Shown: piece after piece, positions 30,899 to 40,680 of the stretch
Layout: each line of letters begins with the position of its first letter
Position numbering within the stretch: the stretch's first letter is position 1
Assembly (NCBI GenBank): GCA_038897215.1
Contig: JAWAWX010000001.1
Location: 256,001-320,000 of the forward strand
Length of the DNA: 64,000 nucleotides
Direction of reading: 5' to 3'
DNA from: Acidilobaceae archaeon
GTDB lineage: Archaea; Thermoproteota; Thermoprotei_A; Sulfolobales; Acidilobaceae
Position numbers and translations under genes: made by a program
Notes under the pieces: model-generated
Database searches by the model: none
What the model saw: the letters and a program-made list of their open reading frames with translations, nothing else
Told to the model about the DNA's origin: nothing

Positions 30899-32074
30899 CT
30901 AGGGCACTAGTCTAAGCGGTTGGAGCGTGATCACCGAGATGACTAGGAGGAGTGTGGCGAGCCCTAGAGCCGATGTCACTATGCTCGAGTTCTTCTCACC
31001 GACCAGTATTGACAGCGTCTCTCTAACCATCTGGGCTCCGTCTGTGGCTAGAGAGCCCCAGGGGCTCGGGACTACGAGGGGAGCAGCGTTGACAGCAGCT
31101 AGAGCTAGGTTTATCAGGAAGACTCCGTTCAAGAAGGCTAGAGCGTAGAAGAGAGCCTCGCCTAGCCCAGAGTACTCGTGAGCCAGCCTTACTCCCAGCC
31201 TCTTCTCGCCCACGGGCTTGTATACTGTGACCTCTACTTCTCCGCCTTCTCTCAGAAGAGTGATCGAGAAGAATGCCTCAGCGCTCTCGTCGAAGACCCC
31301 GAGCTCCTCGAGAGCTCTCCTGAAGCTCGCGATATCCCTGACCTCAGTGCTCTCAACTCTGATAACCACGTCGCCAGGCCGGAGCCCCGAGCGCTCGGCT
31401 GGAGTGCCTGGGTCTACGCTCTCGATCACCACAGCTTCGGGTTGCGGTGCTGGAGCTAGAGCTAGAGCGCCTAGAGAGAAGATGGCTAGCAGGACGTTGC
31501 CCAGAATGCCTGCAGTCAAGACTCTAGCCTTAGCGCTCCATGATGCTCTCTTGTAGGATTCCTCGTCTATCTCGACGAACGCAGCCGGTATGAATGCTAG
31601 TAGTATGAGCCCGCTATCCTTCACTCTAAGCCCCAGAGAGACTGCTGAGAGAGCGTGAGCAACCTCGTGGACAAGAACGGCTACCCCCACGGAGAACGCT
31701 ATCAAGACTAGGTTGACGTCTATGGGTATAGTGACCCCGGGCAGTAAGGGCACGACTCCCCGCTGGAGCCCGTCTGCTGGAGGCTCGGGGCTGAAGTACC
31801 TGTAGTATACTGCCTCGCCTACAGCGTAGTAGAATAGAGCGGCTGCCAGGACGGCTACAGGGACCCCTAGCCATGCAAAACTCCTCAAGACTCTGTAGAG
31901 CCTCCTCTCGCTCCCCCCAGCCTCGATGACGCGCCCGGTTCTGTATATCAGGAGGAGCGGCTTGACCTCAACTCTCTCAAGCCTCCTCAGCCTAGACAGA
32001 GCCAGCAGGATAGCCCAGAGTGCGGCGAGAGCTAGAGCGAGCACAGCGAGCCGCGAGAGGCTCTCTAAGACCAA
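30899..32074 (-). CDS. Site-2 protease (M50) with PDZ domain
   Basis: HEVAH, PAAFVE, AG...N, GLRPGDVV PDZ, NAAP...TDG. Confidence 0.93.
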   Translation of the reverse strand: MVLESLSRLAVLALALAALWAILLALSRLRRLERVEVKPLLLIYRTGRVIEAGGSERRLYRVLRSFAWLGVPVAVLAAALFYYAVGEAVYYRYFSPEPPADGLQRGVVPLLPGVTIPIDVNLVLIAFSVGVAVLVHEVAHALSAVSLGLRVKDSGLILLAFIPAAFVEIDEESYKRASWSAKARVLTAGILGNVLLAIFSLGALALAPAPQPEAVVIESVDPGTPAERSGLRPGDVVIRVESTEVRDIASFRRALEELGVFDESAEAFFSITLLREGGEVEVTVYKPVGEKRLGVRLAHEYSGLGEALFYALAFLNGVFLINLALAAVNAAPLVVPSPWGSLATDGAQMVRETLSILVGEKNSSIVTSALGLATLLLVISVITLQPLRLVP

Positions 32075-32213
32075 GCCGGGCCCTCGCTCAAGCTGTGGAA
32101 TCTGCTCTTATATTCAGAGATTACGGAGCGAGCAGAGCTCTCCTCTAGCCAGCTCTATTCGGTCGAGCGCTCTCCCCACAGCTCTCGTCGGCCCGCTCGT
32201 GCCTCCACATCAG

Positions 32214-32275
32214 CTGGTCAGCGAAGGACCACTTCTTCACAGAGCTCCGAGGTACTCTCCGCTCATCACTCCACT
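32214..32275 (-). ncRNA. Box C/D methylation-guide sRNA
   Basis: C GTGATGA - 13-nt guide - D' CGGA - C' GTGAAGA - 12-nt guide - D CTGA; CTTAATA box about 25 nt upstream. Confidence 0.8.
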
Positions 32276-32324
32276 CAGCTTTCCCCCCGGAGGACTATTA
32301 AGTGCTACGAGGAGCCGGGAGGGC

Positions 32325-33686
32325 TTATGCTATGAATAGGTCTTTGTACGCTTCGGCTATCTCCGTGCTCTTCTTGAGGTCCGCGAAGAGCCTGGCTGCT
32401 TCGAGCACGTCCTGCTCCTCTACTCTACTCGAGCCTCTCCTCTGAGCTATCACCTTCGCTGGCTCGAGTAGCTGGACAGCGTACCTCAGGCTTCTCTCTC
32501 TGCCTATCTTCGTGAGAGCTCTGACAGCTTCCTCTGATAGTATCACGTCCTCCTCGTCTGCTCTCAGCAGTATGATCTCTCTTATCTCGTCCTCTGTGTA
32601 GGGCCTCGTGGTTATTATGAGTAGCCTGTCTAGCAGGTCTCTCGGCATCCCGTGGGGAGACTCGACATCAGTCCCTCTGATCTTAGTTATGCCTCTGTTA
32701 GTCGCCATGACTATGAGTGGAGCGAACTCGCTCTCCATGGCTCTGGTTAGGAAGGAGTAGCACTCGAGGTCTAGCATGTGAGCATCGTCTATGAAGAGGA
32801 CTCCGGGCAAGACCTCGGCTTTCCCCTCGTCTACCAGCTTCTTGGCTAGCTCGTCTGCTCTCTTCCTGTCCTCCTCGCTTATCTCTCTCTCGGACTCGAA
32901 TAGAGCGAATATCCCCCCGAAGACTACTCTGCGAGCGGCCATCGAGACGTCTAGGTCGTGGAGCGTGAAGACTCTCACGAACTCCTTGGTCTTCCTGACG
33001 GGGCCGCTCGGGATCTCTGCTTCTCTCTCTAGCTCGATATCGTAGCGCTTCTCAGCCTTCTCTCTAACCTTCCCCAGCTTCCTCACGACGCCGGTCTCCG
33101 TGTCTATAGCTATGACGTCCCCCTTCCTCACGTTGAGAGAGAGGAGTTGCTCGGCTATCTCGGGGCCTACGCTGAACGACATTGAGTCGTCTCTAGTCTC
33201 TAGCGTTATTCTGGCTCCCGCTAGCGATACAGCGAAGGGGGCTAGGCTGCTCCGCCTTCGAGTATAGCTTATCTCCGTCACGACGCCCTCTACTACCGGC
33301 CTGACCTCTCTGACCCTCAAGCCCATAGCCTTCCTGATGGACTGAAGCAAGACCTCTATCTTGTTCCTGCTCCCCACTATCTCGCTAGCGTTCACAGCGA
33401 CGAAGGGAGTGTCCTCTCCCAGCTCTCTAGCCATGGCTATGGCTATCGCAGTCTTGCCCGTACCGGGCGGGCCGACTATGAGGACACCCCTGCCTCCAAG
33501 CCTCCCCTCTCTAGCCAGCTGGACTATGACGCCCGCGGCCTCTCTAGCCTCCTCCTGGCCTACGAGGCCCTCTCCCACCTTCTTAGCCTTCCCGTTCTTG
33601 TCGAGACCGAGGCCTCTGATGTGGCTGTGGATAGACCTCTTGAGAGCTACTCTGGGGATCGGTCTGATCTTGACCTCTCCGCTCAT
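32325..33686 (-). CDS. TIP49/RuvB-like AAA+ ATPase
   Basis: HSHIRGLGL, GPPGTGKTA, PGVLFIDD, HGMPRDLLDR, SLRYAVQL. Confidence 0.96.
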   Translation of the reverse strand: MSGEVKIRPIPRVALKRSIHSHIRGLGLDKNGKAKKVGEGLVGQEEAREAAGVIVQLAREGRLGGRGVLIVGPPGTGKTAIAIAMARELGEDTPFVAVNASEIVGSRNKIEVLLQSIRKAMGLRVREVRPVVEGVVTEISYTRRRSSLAPFAVSLAGARITLETRDDSMSFSVGPEIAEQLLSLNVRKGDVIAIDTETGVVRKLGKVREKAEKRYDIELEREAEIPSGPVRKTKEFVRVFTLHDLDVSMAARRVVFGGIFALFESEREISEEDRKRADELAKKLVDEGKAEVLPGVLFIDDAHMLDLECYSFLTRAMESEFAPLIVMATNRGITKIRGTDVESPHGMPRDLLDRLLIITTRPYTEDEIREIILLRADEEDVILSEEAVRALTKIGRERSLRYAVQLLEPAKVIAQRRGSSRVEEQDVLEAARLFADLKKSTEIAEAYKDLFIA

Positions 33687-33851
33687 TGGGTCCCGCCTTG
33701 AACCACGAGTCTCTCTCCTCGGAGCTAATAAGCCTGGGGATTGAGTCGAGCACTCTCCCCTCTTCCCGAGCGCTAGGGGAGCCGCTCTAGCTCGCTCTAG
33801 TGCACTACTGCTATATTACTCTCCCCTCGCTGTAATGATGGATGGGGGAGC

Positions 33852-35699
33852 GTGAGAGTGGAGGTCTTCGACGTCTACGAGTCGTACGTGGAGAGAGCGG
33901 AGTGGCTGACTAGAGATAACGCGAACATACCGGAGTCCATAGGGGGTCTTCTGAACGCTATGCTAGGAGAGGCTCTCTACCAGCTCGCTCTAAGAATCGT
34001 CCCGAGGAGGGCTCTAGAGCTCCACGAGGAGGGCTGGGTCTACGTGTATAAGCTGAGAGACGGGAGTGCTGTCAAGCCCTACTGTGGAGGCATAGACGCT
34101 AGGCTCTTGGTCGAGAAGGGGCTCAAGACGCCCACCGTGGTCTCAAGCCCTCCTAGGCATCTAGACTCCGCTGTAGACCAGATGGTTAACGCCATGTACT
34201 CGTTCAGCTTCGAGAGGACGGGAGCGATAGGCTTGTACGGAGTAGACCTCAACCTCGCTCCATTCGTTGAGAAAGACGGGCTGAGCTATGCTGGCGTCAA
34301 GCAGAACATCCAGAGGCTCGTCTACAACCTGAACTACCCCCTGAAGACGGGGCAGAGCCCCTTCACCAACGTGATCCTAGCGTTCTCGAACAGGATGTAT
34401 AGAGCTCAGCCTCTCCCAGGGCTCAGGCTCGGAGAGCTCTACGAGAGCTATGTGGGCAGAGCGCTAGAGGTAGTCAAGGCGCTTGCTGAGGTGTTCAGCG
34501 AGGGAGACTCTCTCCGCCAGCCCTTCACCTTCCCCATAACCACGAGTCTCGTGAACAGAGACTTCGAGAAGCTCCTCGAGTCAGATGGGCCTCTCTGGGA
34601 GAAGTACTGGGGGATGGTCTCCGAGGTGGGGCAGATGTATTTCCTCAACGGCTTCAACCACAGAGCAGAGGACCTCTTCTCCTTCTGCTGCCGCCTCATC
34701 TCCGACATGGATAGAGTCAGAGAGCACTTGAGGATAGCTAAGGGAGTCTGGGACATGCCTCCGAGCGTCGGCTCGGTCAACGTCGTGGTAGTGAACGCGC
34801 CCAGACTAGCCTTCACAGCACTCGCCTCAGACGAGAGCAGAGCATTCGAGAAGCTAGATGAGCTCCTGGAAGCCGCTAGAGAGGCTTTGAACGCTCTCCG
34901 CGCCCAGTACCTCAGGCTACACAGGCTAGGCTTCTACCCGATGACAGCCGAGTACATCGATAGAGAGAATCCATTCAAGTACTACTACAACACCATCGGG
35001 GTCATAGGCATGGCTGAGTACGCTGCGATAATGTCCGGCGACCCCGGCTTCTGGACCGACGGGGGGAGGCTGAGCGAGGCTCTATCGAGCTACGAGAAGC
35101 TCCTCAACTACATCCACGAGAGGCTCGCTGAACTCGAGGAGGAAGACGGAGTCCTCTACAACGTCGAGGAAGTGCCGGGAGAAACCCTGGGGGTCAAGCT
35201 CGCAGAGAAGGACCTGCGGTGGCTCAAGGCGAGAGGGAGGCAGGACTTGGCGCTATTCATCCCAGTAGGAGAGCTCCCCGAGGGGAAGAAGCCATTCTAC
35301 ACGAACCAGCTCACGCCACCCTACTCTACAGCACACCTACGCGACCAGCTCTGGCTCGAGTCCAGAGCTCAGCCTATGTTCACGGGCGGAGTCATGAAGC
35401 ACGTCTTCGTAGACAGGAGGCTACCTCCTGACGTAGTCGCTAGATTCGTGCTGAGAGTAATGAGGGAAACTAGCGTCGTCTACATGAGCATAACTCCAAC
35501 AATAGCAGTATGCCCCAGATGCAGGCTAAGACAGGTAGGCAGGATGGAGAGATGCCCCAGGTGCGGAGAGCCCCTAGACGTCTGGAGCAGGATCGTGGGC
35601 TACTACAGGCCCATCAGGATGTGGAATAGCGGGAGGAGAGCAGAGTTCGCCATCAGGAGAGACTACTCGGAGGAAGTCTTAGAGATAGCGGGCGACTAG
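33852..35699 (+). CDS. nrdD: Class III (anaerobic) ribonucleotide reductase, no ATP cone
   Basis: YC, QSPFTN, FCCRL, PGE, CPRC..CPRCG, SRIVGYY glycyl-radical loop. Confidence 0.93.
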   Translation: MRVEVFDVYESYVERAEWLTRDNANIPESIGGLLNAMLGEALYQLALRIVPRRALELHEEGWVYVYKLRDGSAVKPYCGGIDARLLVEKGLKTPTVVSSPPRHLDSAVDQMVNAMYSFSFERTGAIGLYGVDLNLAPFVEKDGLSYAGVKQNIQRLVYNLNYPLKTGQSPFTNVILAFSNRMYRAQPLPGLRLGELYESYVGRALEVVKALAEVFSEGDSLRQPFTFPITTSLVNRDFEKLLESDGPLWEKYWGMVSEVGQMYFLNGFNHRAEDLFSFCCRLISDMDRVREHLRIAKGVWDMPPSVGSVNVVVVNAPRLAFTALASDESRAFEKLDELLEAAREALNALRAQYLRLHRLGFYPMTAEYIDRENPFKYYYNTIGVIGMAEYAAIMSGDPGFWTDGGRLSEALSSYEKLLNYIHERLAELEEEDGVLYNVEEVPGETLGVKLAEKDLRWLKARGRQDLALFIPVGELPEGKKPFYTNQLTPPYSTAHLRDQLWLESRAQPMFTGGVMKHVFVDRRLPPDVVARFVLRVMRETSVVYMSITPTIAVCPRCRLRQVGRMERCPRCGEPLDVWSRIVGYYRPIRMWNSGRRAEFAIRRDYSEEVLEIAGD

Positions 35700-36679
35700 A
35701 GCCCCCTCACTCTAGAGCAGAGGTGTCTCAGAGCGCACTCCTCGCACCTGCCTAGCCGGCAGTAGTTCCCCATGTGGTAGTAGGCAGCGTTCTGGAACCA
35801 GCCCAGTAGCTCTCCCAGCCTGTCTCTCAGAATGCTCTCGATGCAGACGCCTCTCAGGGGGCACGAGTCGCAGGAGTGTTTGGCGCAGTACCTCTTCTCG
35901 GGCTTTCTCAGAGCTCCCTCTAGAGCGTTGAAGCTTTCGAGGAATCTGACTAAGTTGACGTCTACGGGGGCTACGTCTCTGCGAGCGAGGACGTGGAGTA
36001 GGTAGGAGTGGTAGACTTTCGGGCCTACGTTGCCGCACTTGAGGAGCTCTCTGTGCTCTCCTCTGAGCACTCGCTCTCTGACGCTAGAGTAGCATCTTAG
36101 AGCCGCGGGGAGCTGCCTCAGCTGGTAGCTCGAGCCCGCTAGCCTAACGATCCTCCTCCCGTCTAGCTCAGCCGCTCTCGAGACGTCCCCCAGGCTGTAG
36201 AGGAGCTCTCTCACCCACCTCACAGTATTCCTGTCGTAGTCTGTGTTACGTGAGAGGAATATGCTGGCGAAGACAGCGTAGTCGTCTCTAGGGGATACGG
36301 AGACGCCGAGAGAGCCGTAGACCTCTAGGAGGAGGCCCGCCAGCTCTCCCAGAGCTCCTCCTCGAGGAGGCTCGAGAGACTGCACGTCGACCCAGGAGCC
36401 CGCCAGGTACGCTCCGTAGTCTACGCACTCTCTGCTCTCGTGCCTCACAGTTATTCTGCCCCCCTCGCTCTCCATGACCGCTCCGGAGCAGAAACCCCAC
36501 CTCTTGACAGCTTTCCTGCCGTCTTCAGAGATGTCGAAGAGCGGTCTGGCGAAAGAGGGGTAGAGTACGTCGGATACCTTGAACGACCCGCTCGCTGTCA
36601 CGGAGAGCTCTCTCAAGGAGGGGCATCCCGTGGATCTCGCATAGCGACGATAAGAGCTTAAAAACAGTATAGTCAGCAA
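35696..36679 (-). CDS. HhH-GPD-like protein with two Cys clusters (start uncertain)
   Basis: FLSRNTDY, GNVGPK, APVD, CAKHSCDSCPLRGVC, CRLGRCEECALRHLC. Confidence 0.7.
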   Translation of the reverse strand: MLTILFLSSYRRYARSTGCPSLRELSVTASGSFKVSDVLYPSFARPLFDISEDGRKAVKRWGFCSGAVMESEGGRITVRHESRECVDYGAYLAGSWVDVQSLEPPRGGALGELAGLLLEVYGSLGVSVSPRDDYAVFASIFLSRNTDYDRNTVRWVRELLYSLGDVSRAAELDGRRIVRLAGSSYQLRQLPAALRCYSSVRERVLRGEHRELLKCGNVGPKVYHSYLLHVLARRDVAPVDVNLVRFLESFNALEGALRKPEKRYCAKHSCDSCPLRGVCIESILRDRLGELLGWFQNAAYYHMGNYCRLGRCEECALRHLCSRVRGL

Positions 36680-36724
36680 CGCTAGCCGGCTTTCCCCGAG
36701 CCTCCTCGGGCTCCTCGCTCGCGT

Positions 36725-39700
36725 CTACCTAATCCACCGCTTGAAAGCCACTGCTACTCTCTTGTAGACGTGGTGAAGGCTCTCTCTAGCCTTGCTCTCG
36801 TCCACGCTAGGGTCTATGGATTTGATGAAGCTCAAGTCTATTCTGAGCCTAACGGGATCTACTCGAGCAGGGTCTTCTGAGTACTGCTCGACCACTCTCC
36901 TAGGCTTAGCTGACGCGAGCTCATCGAAAGCGCTAGCCAGCCTTCTGAGAGCGTCTTCGCTCAGCTTCCCGACATCGAGCACTGGTAGCGTCCTCCACTG
37001 AGCTATCTTCAGGCTTATCCACGGCCCTTCAGTCTCCTCTCTACTCATGAGGACGGAGAGTATCCCCCAGGTTGTGTTAAGCCAGAGCACTAGAGCCTTC
37101 TCGGCCTCCGCTACCGGCTTCTTCAGCTTGACAGCGTAGAACATGTTGGATAGAATGGGTGTCTCCGAGTACATGGCTATCGCGTGAGCCGTGCTTAACC
37201 GTATTCTATCGGGGACTAGCACTCTACCGGAGAACCTCTCGAAGATCTCTCGAGCTTTACCAGTCTTGCAGATAGCGTGAGCGTTAGGCTTAACGAGCAT
37301 CGATACTCTAACCTCTTCTCCGCCCCCGTAGATTATCGGGTAGGGGGTTTTCGAGCTAGAGTAGCTGAAGTGGTCGTGGAACTGGTGTCTGTCTATGCCT
37401 ATGCTCTCAGCGAGCTCCACTAGTCTCGCCACGGGGACCTTCAAGCCGAGAATGCTCAAGTCTCCCTCTAGGACTCTCAAGCCTATCTCTACTACTTCAC
37501 GCTCGGGCAGGAAGACGAACCTGTTCCAGTTGTCTAGACTCTCGAGCAGAGACTTTCTGCTAGCCCTGGTGATTATGCAAGATGCTCCACTAGCTAGCTC
37601 TACCAGGCCGTCCCGCTGGAGCACTGACCCGGAGATCTTCTCGGATAGCATTATGGCCTCTAGAGCAGACCTCGGCTTTTTGAGCATGTTGACGAATAGT
37701 GTCTCCTCGTCTGGAGAGTGGCTATCGACTCTCCTAGCTACGATCAGGCACTCGCTCAAGCTCGTCCCCTCTGAGAAGTTGTAGCCGTTCTCCGGGTCGC
37801 TACTCACGATCACGTACCTCACGTGAAACTTCTCTGCTAACAGTGCTCTAGCCAGGAACCACGAGACTCCAGAGAGAGTGTTTCTCGGCAGGACGAAGGC
37901 TATCACTCCGCCTGGTCTAACGTACTTGTAGGCTAGGTAGAGGAAGAGGAGCCCCTCGCCAGCCTGGCCTATGCCGAGATACTGAGCTAGAGAGAGCTCT
38001 CCTCTCCCGCTCTCTTCGAGTAGAACTCTGTACTCGCGGGAAACATGCTCTTTCTCCGCGAGGCTTCTGGCTATCTTTCTGAGCTCTTCTCTCACTCTCT
38101 CCCGGACTTCATCGTACCTCCTTAAGATAGCCTCTCTGCTCCTCTCATCGCCTATGAAGCCGAAGAGTCCTCTACGCTTTTCTCCAAACTCTCTACTAAC
38201 TCTCCCAGTAGCTCTAGTGAATGGGGGGTTCATCACGATCAAGTCGTAGCTATCTAGGACCTCTACTTTGCCGCTGACTACTCTAGTTGTGGATACTGCT
38301 TCTACTGCTCCTCTCAGCCCGCCCTCGATCCATCTCAGCATCCCCCCGAAGGACTTAGCGCCGTTTAGGAGCTCTAGCGAGCCGAGCCACGCTCTATTGT
38401 TAGAGGTGACGCCTAGGTATACCGAGGCCACGTTCTCTCTACTGATAGCCTCCGGGACCATGAGCGCTAGGTTTAGCGCTGTTATCTGAGCAGCGTATCT
38501 GAGCGCGTCGAAGCCGTATATGCCGTCCTCTACCAGCTTCTTCTCCACGCTCACAGCCCTCTCCCCGTCTCCGCATAGACACTCGAGGTCGTGCAGGAAC
38601 GAGACGACCCTAGCTATCCTCGATGCGTTGTAGAGTGTGGATGTTAGTAGGGTCCCGCTACCGCAAGCGAAGTCTGCTATCTTTAGCTCGCATATCCTGC
38701 CGATGACTTCGCCTGCTCTGTTTTTATCGAGCTTTCCGATGTCGTCTACTCCTAGGAGCTCTTTGAGAGCGAGATTTGTCAGCATGTACGCAGCGGGGAT
38801 CTCGGTGTAGAACGTAGCGAAGCCCTTCCTGACAGCAATATCGCCGGCTATCTCGTGGTAGACTCTGCCAGCAAAGTCTCTAGCTAGGAGACCACTCATC
38901 TGAGATACACGTATAGCCGTATCGACTAATCTCTGAACCTGGCTTCCGAGATGTGGTGGGAGAACTCTGAGGACGTCGACAGCTGGCGCTAGCGCTGGCT
39001 CGTAGTCTACTTTCATCAAGTCCTCGATAGCCTCTCTGAGCCCATCTATGGGACCACGGGACTTGACGTAATCTCGTAAAGGCTTGAGCTCGTGGAGATG
39101 CCTTACCCGCTCGTAGAGCACAGATGATAAGAGCACTGCTAGCGCCGCTTGCCCGAACACTACCTCAGCGTCTCTAGCCTCAGATACCTCGAAGCCGTAG
39201 AGCTTGTAGAGCACGCTTGCAACACTCTCTCTGAGCTCTCTACCCTCGGAGAGCGCGCTAGCTACCTTGACGAAATCTCCGATGACCTGCTTCACGCTAT
39301 CTACTTCTCGCTGAACCTCAGTCTCGCTCACAAGGTATGCTACAGCGAGCTTGATGATGTCTGCTAAGTCTCCTAGCTTAATGCCCTCTAGCCACCCCTC
39401 AGCAGGCTTAGCGATGCGAGTCTTCTCAGCTAGATACCTCTCGAGGCCTCTAGCTTCTACCGGAGCGAGGACCATGGCGTTGAGAGGCGTCTCTCTAAGC
39501 TTTCTCGCCAGCTCCTCTTCTGGAATATCGCGGTATCTCTCCGCGTAGTGGAGAGCTATAGCTATATCGGCTAGACCCTCCTCAACTCTCCTTCTGGCAT
39601 CGCTCTCAGCATCGCTCCTATTGTACGAGCCCTCGATAGCGACCCTAAACCCCTCGTAGAAGCACCTGATATCAGGCCGGGCTCTGCGCAGAGCTCTCTC

Positions 39701-39805
39701 AGCTCTACAGTCGAGCCCGAAGCTCTCGCTGAGAATGCTGGCTACTCTAACGTTCAGCTCGCTCTCGTGAACAACCCCCACTGTCATCACGGCCAGCCTC
39801 TGCAA
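36725..39805 (-). CDS. Type IIG-like fused restriction-modification enzyme
   Basis: N-terminal PD...E nuclease-like region, FYT, DFACGSGTLL, MNPPF (gamma-class N6A), C-terminal TRD-like region. Confidence 0.88.
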   Translation of the reverse strand: MQRLAVMTVGVVHESELNVRVASILSESFGLDCRAERALRRARPDIRCFYEGFRVAIEGSYNRSDAESDARRRVEEGLADIAIALHYAERYRDIPEEELARKLRETPLNAMVLAPVEARGLERYLAEKTRIAKPAEGWLEGIKLGDLADIIKLAVAYLVSETEVQREVDSVKQVIGDFVKVASALSEGRELRESVASVLYKLYGFEVSEARDAEVVFGQAALAVLLSSVLYERVRHLHELKPLRDYVKSRGPIDGLREAIEDLMKVDYEPALAPAVDVLRVLPPHLGSQVQRLVDTAIRVSQMSGLLARDFAGRVYHEIAGDIAVRKGFATFYTEIPAAYMLTNLALKELLGVDDIGKLDKNRAGEVIGRICELKIADFACGSGTLLTSTLYNASRIARVVSFLHDLECLCGDGERAVSVEKKLVEDGIYGFDALRYAAQITALNLALMVPEAISRENVASVYLGVTSNNRAWLGSLELLNGAKSFGGMLRWIEGGLRGAVEAVSTTRVVSGKVEVLDSYDLIVMNPPFTRATGRVSREFGEKRRGLFGFIGDERSREAILRRYDEVRERVREELRKIARSLAEKEHVSREYRVLLEESGRGELSLAQYLGIGQAGEGLLFLYLAYKYVRPGGVIAFVLPRNTLSGVSWFLARALLAEKFHVRYVIVSSDPENGYNFSEGTSLSECLIVARRVDSHSPDEETLFVNMLKKPRSALEAIMLSEKISGSVLQRDGLVELASGASCIITRASRKSLLESLDNWNRFVFLPEREVVEIGLRVLEGDLSILGLKVPVARLVELAESIGIDRHQFHDHFSYSSSKTPYPIIYGGGEEVRVSMLVKPNAHAICKTGKAREIFERFSGRVLVPDRIRLSTAHAIAMYSETPILSNMFYAVKLKKPVAEAEKALVLWLNTTWGILSVLMSREETEGPWISLKIAQWRTLPVLDVGKLSEDALRRLASAFDELASAKPRRVVEQYSEDPARVDPVRLRIDLSFIKSIDPSVDESKARESLHHVYKRVAVAFKRWIR

Positions 39806-39918
39806 TCAACCTCATCGTGAAGAGCTGTCTTCGATAACGCTGGAGTACGCGCGAGCTTATAGAGAGTCAGAGTCGGCGCTGAGCGGCCTGAAGACTGAGA
39901 GCTCAGAGAGAGCCGCGG

Positions 39919-40527
39919 CTAGACTCCCAGCTTCCCCGCTTCCTCGTCTAGTCTAGCTATGCTCGGTAGCGCTCCAAAGCTCTTAGCAGAGGCTCTCATA
40001 ACTACCGCGTGCTCGTCTGGCTCGTAGTGCCACTCGTAGGCTGTCTCGACGGGCTTCTGCGGTGCCGGTCTGTCTTCGAGATAGTAGTGAGCCTCCACCA
40101 CGCTCTCTCCGGGAGCCCACTTGACTACAACCACGTCTGCTCGGAGCTCACAGCGCTCTAGCGCTACGAACTCTAGCTCTAGGTACGGCTCGAGGGGCTC
40201 GAACTCCAGGTCGTTCAGCTCGTAGCAGCCACTGGCTCCGAGAGCTCCTAGAATCTTCTCGGAGAGCTCCTCCCAGGCTACCAGACCGTAGAACACTAGC
40301 TCCTCGACGACGCTCTCCGCTCTCACGCTATCCGCGACCTTGAGCTTCGAGCCAAGAGCCGGGAGTCTATCGGAGTAGTCTGAGAGAACGTCGGCTAGAG
40401 TGCTCAGCAACCTCTCAGGGCTAGTGCTCAGCCTCTCGGCTAGCTTGGAGAGCTTCTCTAGAGCGCTCCGCTTGATCTCGACGCTTAGCACGACAGCCTC
40501 CTCTCTAGCCTCGCTCACATCCAGCAC
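39919..40527 (-). CDS. Hypothetical protein with RHH-like N-terminus
   Basis: LSVEIKRSALEKLSKLAERLSTSPERLL. Confidence 0.55.
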   Translation of the reverse strand: MLDVSEAREEAVVLSVEIKRSALEKLSKLAERLSTSPERLLSTLADVLSDYSDRLPALGSKLKVADSVRAESVVEELVFYGLVAWEELSEKILGALGASGCYELNDLEFEPLEPYLELEFVALERCELRADVVVVKWAPGESVVEAHYYLEDRPAPQKPVETAYEWHYEPDEHAVVMRASAKSFGALPSIARLDEEAGKLGV

Positions 40528-40577
40528 CGAGAGAACTACTCGAGAACAGGGAGCAGAGCTATATATCGAGAATCGAT

Positions 40578-40660
40578 TGGGGGCTAGGGAGTCCTCATCG
40601 GAGGACTCCCTCAGGGCCGGCCCGGTTATCTCATCCAGTAGCCTCTATCTCTAGCCCAGA
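40578..40660 (-). ncRNA. Candidate structured or C/D-like sRNA
   Basis: GGATGA - 16 nt - CTGA; perfect 11-bp hairpin 40586-40611 with CGATGA in its loop; GATAAAAG box upstream. Confidence 0.35.
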
Positions 40661-40680
40661 GCTTTTATCGAGAGCCGCTC

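Noticed and set aside
33834-33890. C/D sRNA overlapping the nrdD start
   Set aside because: Boxes are degenerate; explained by the RBS and coding sequence
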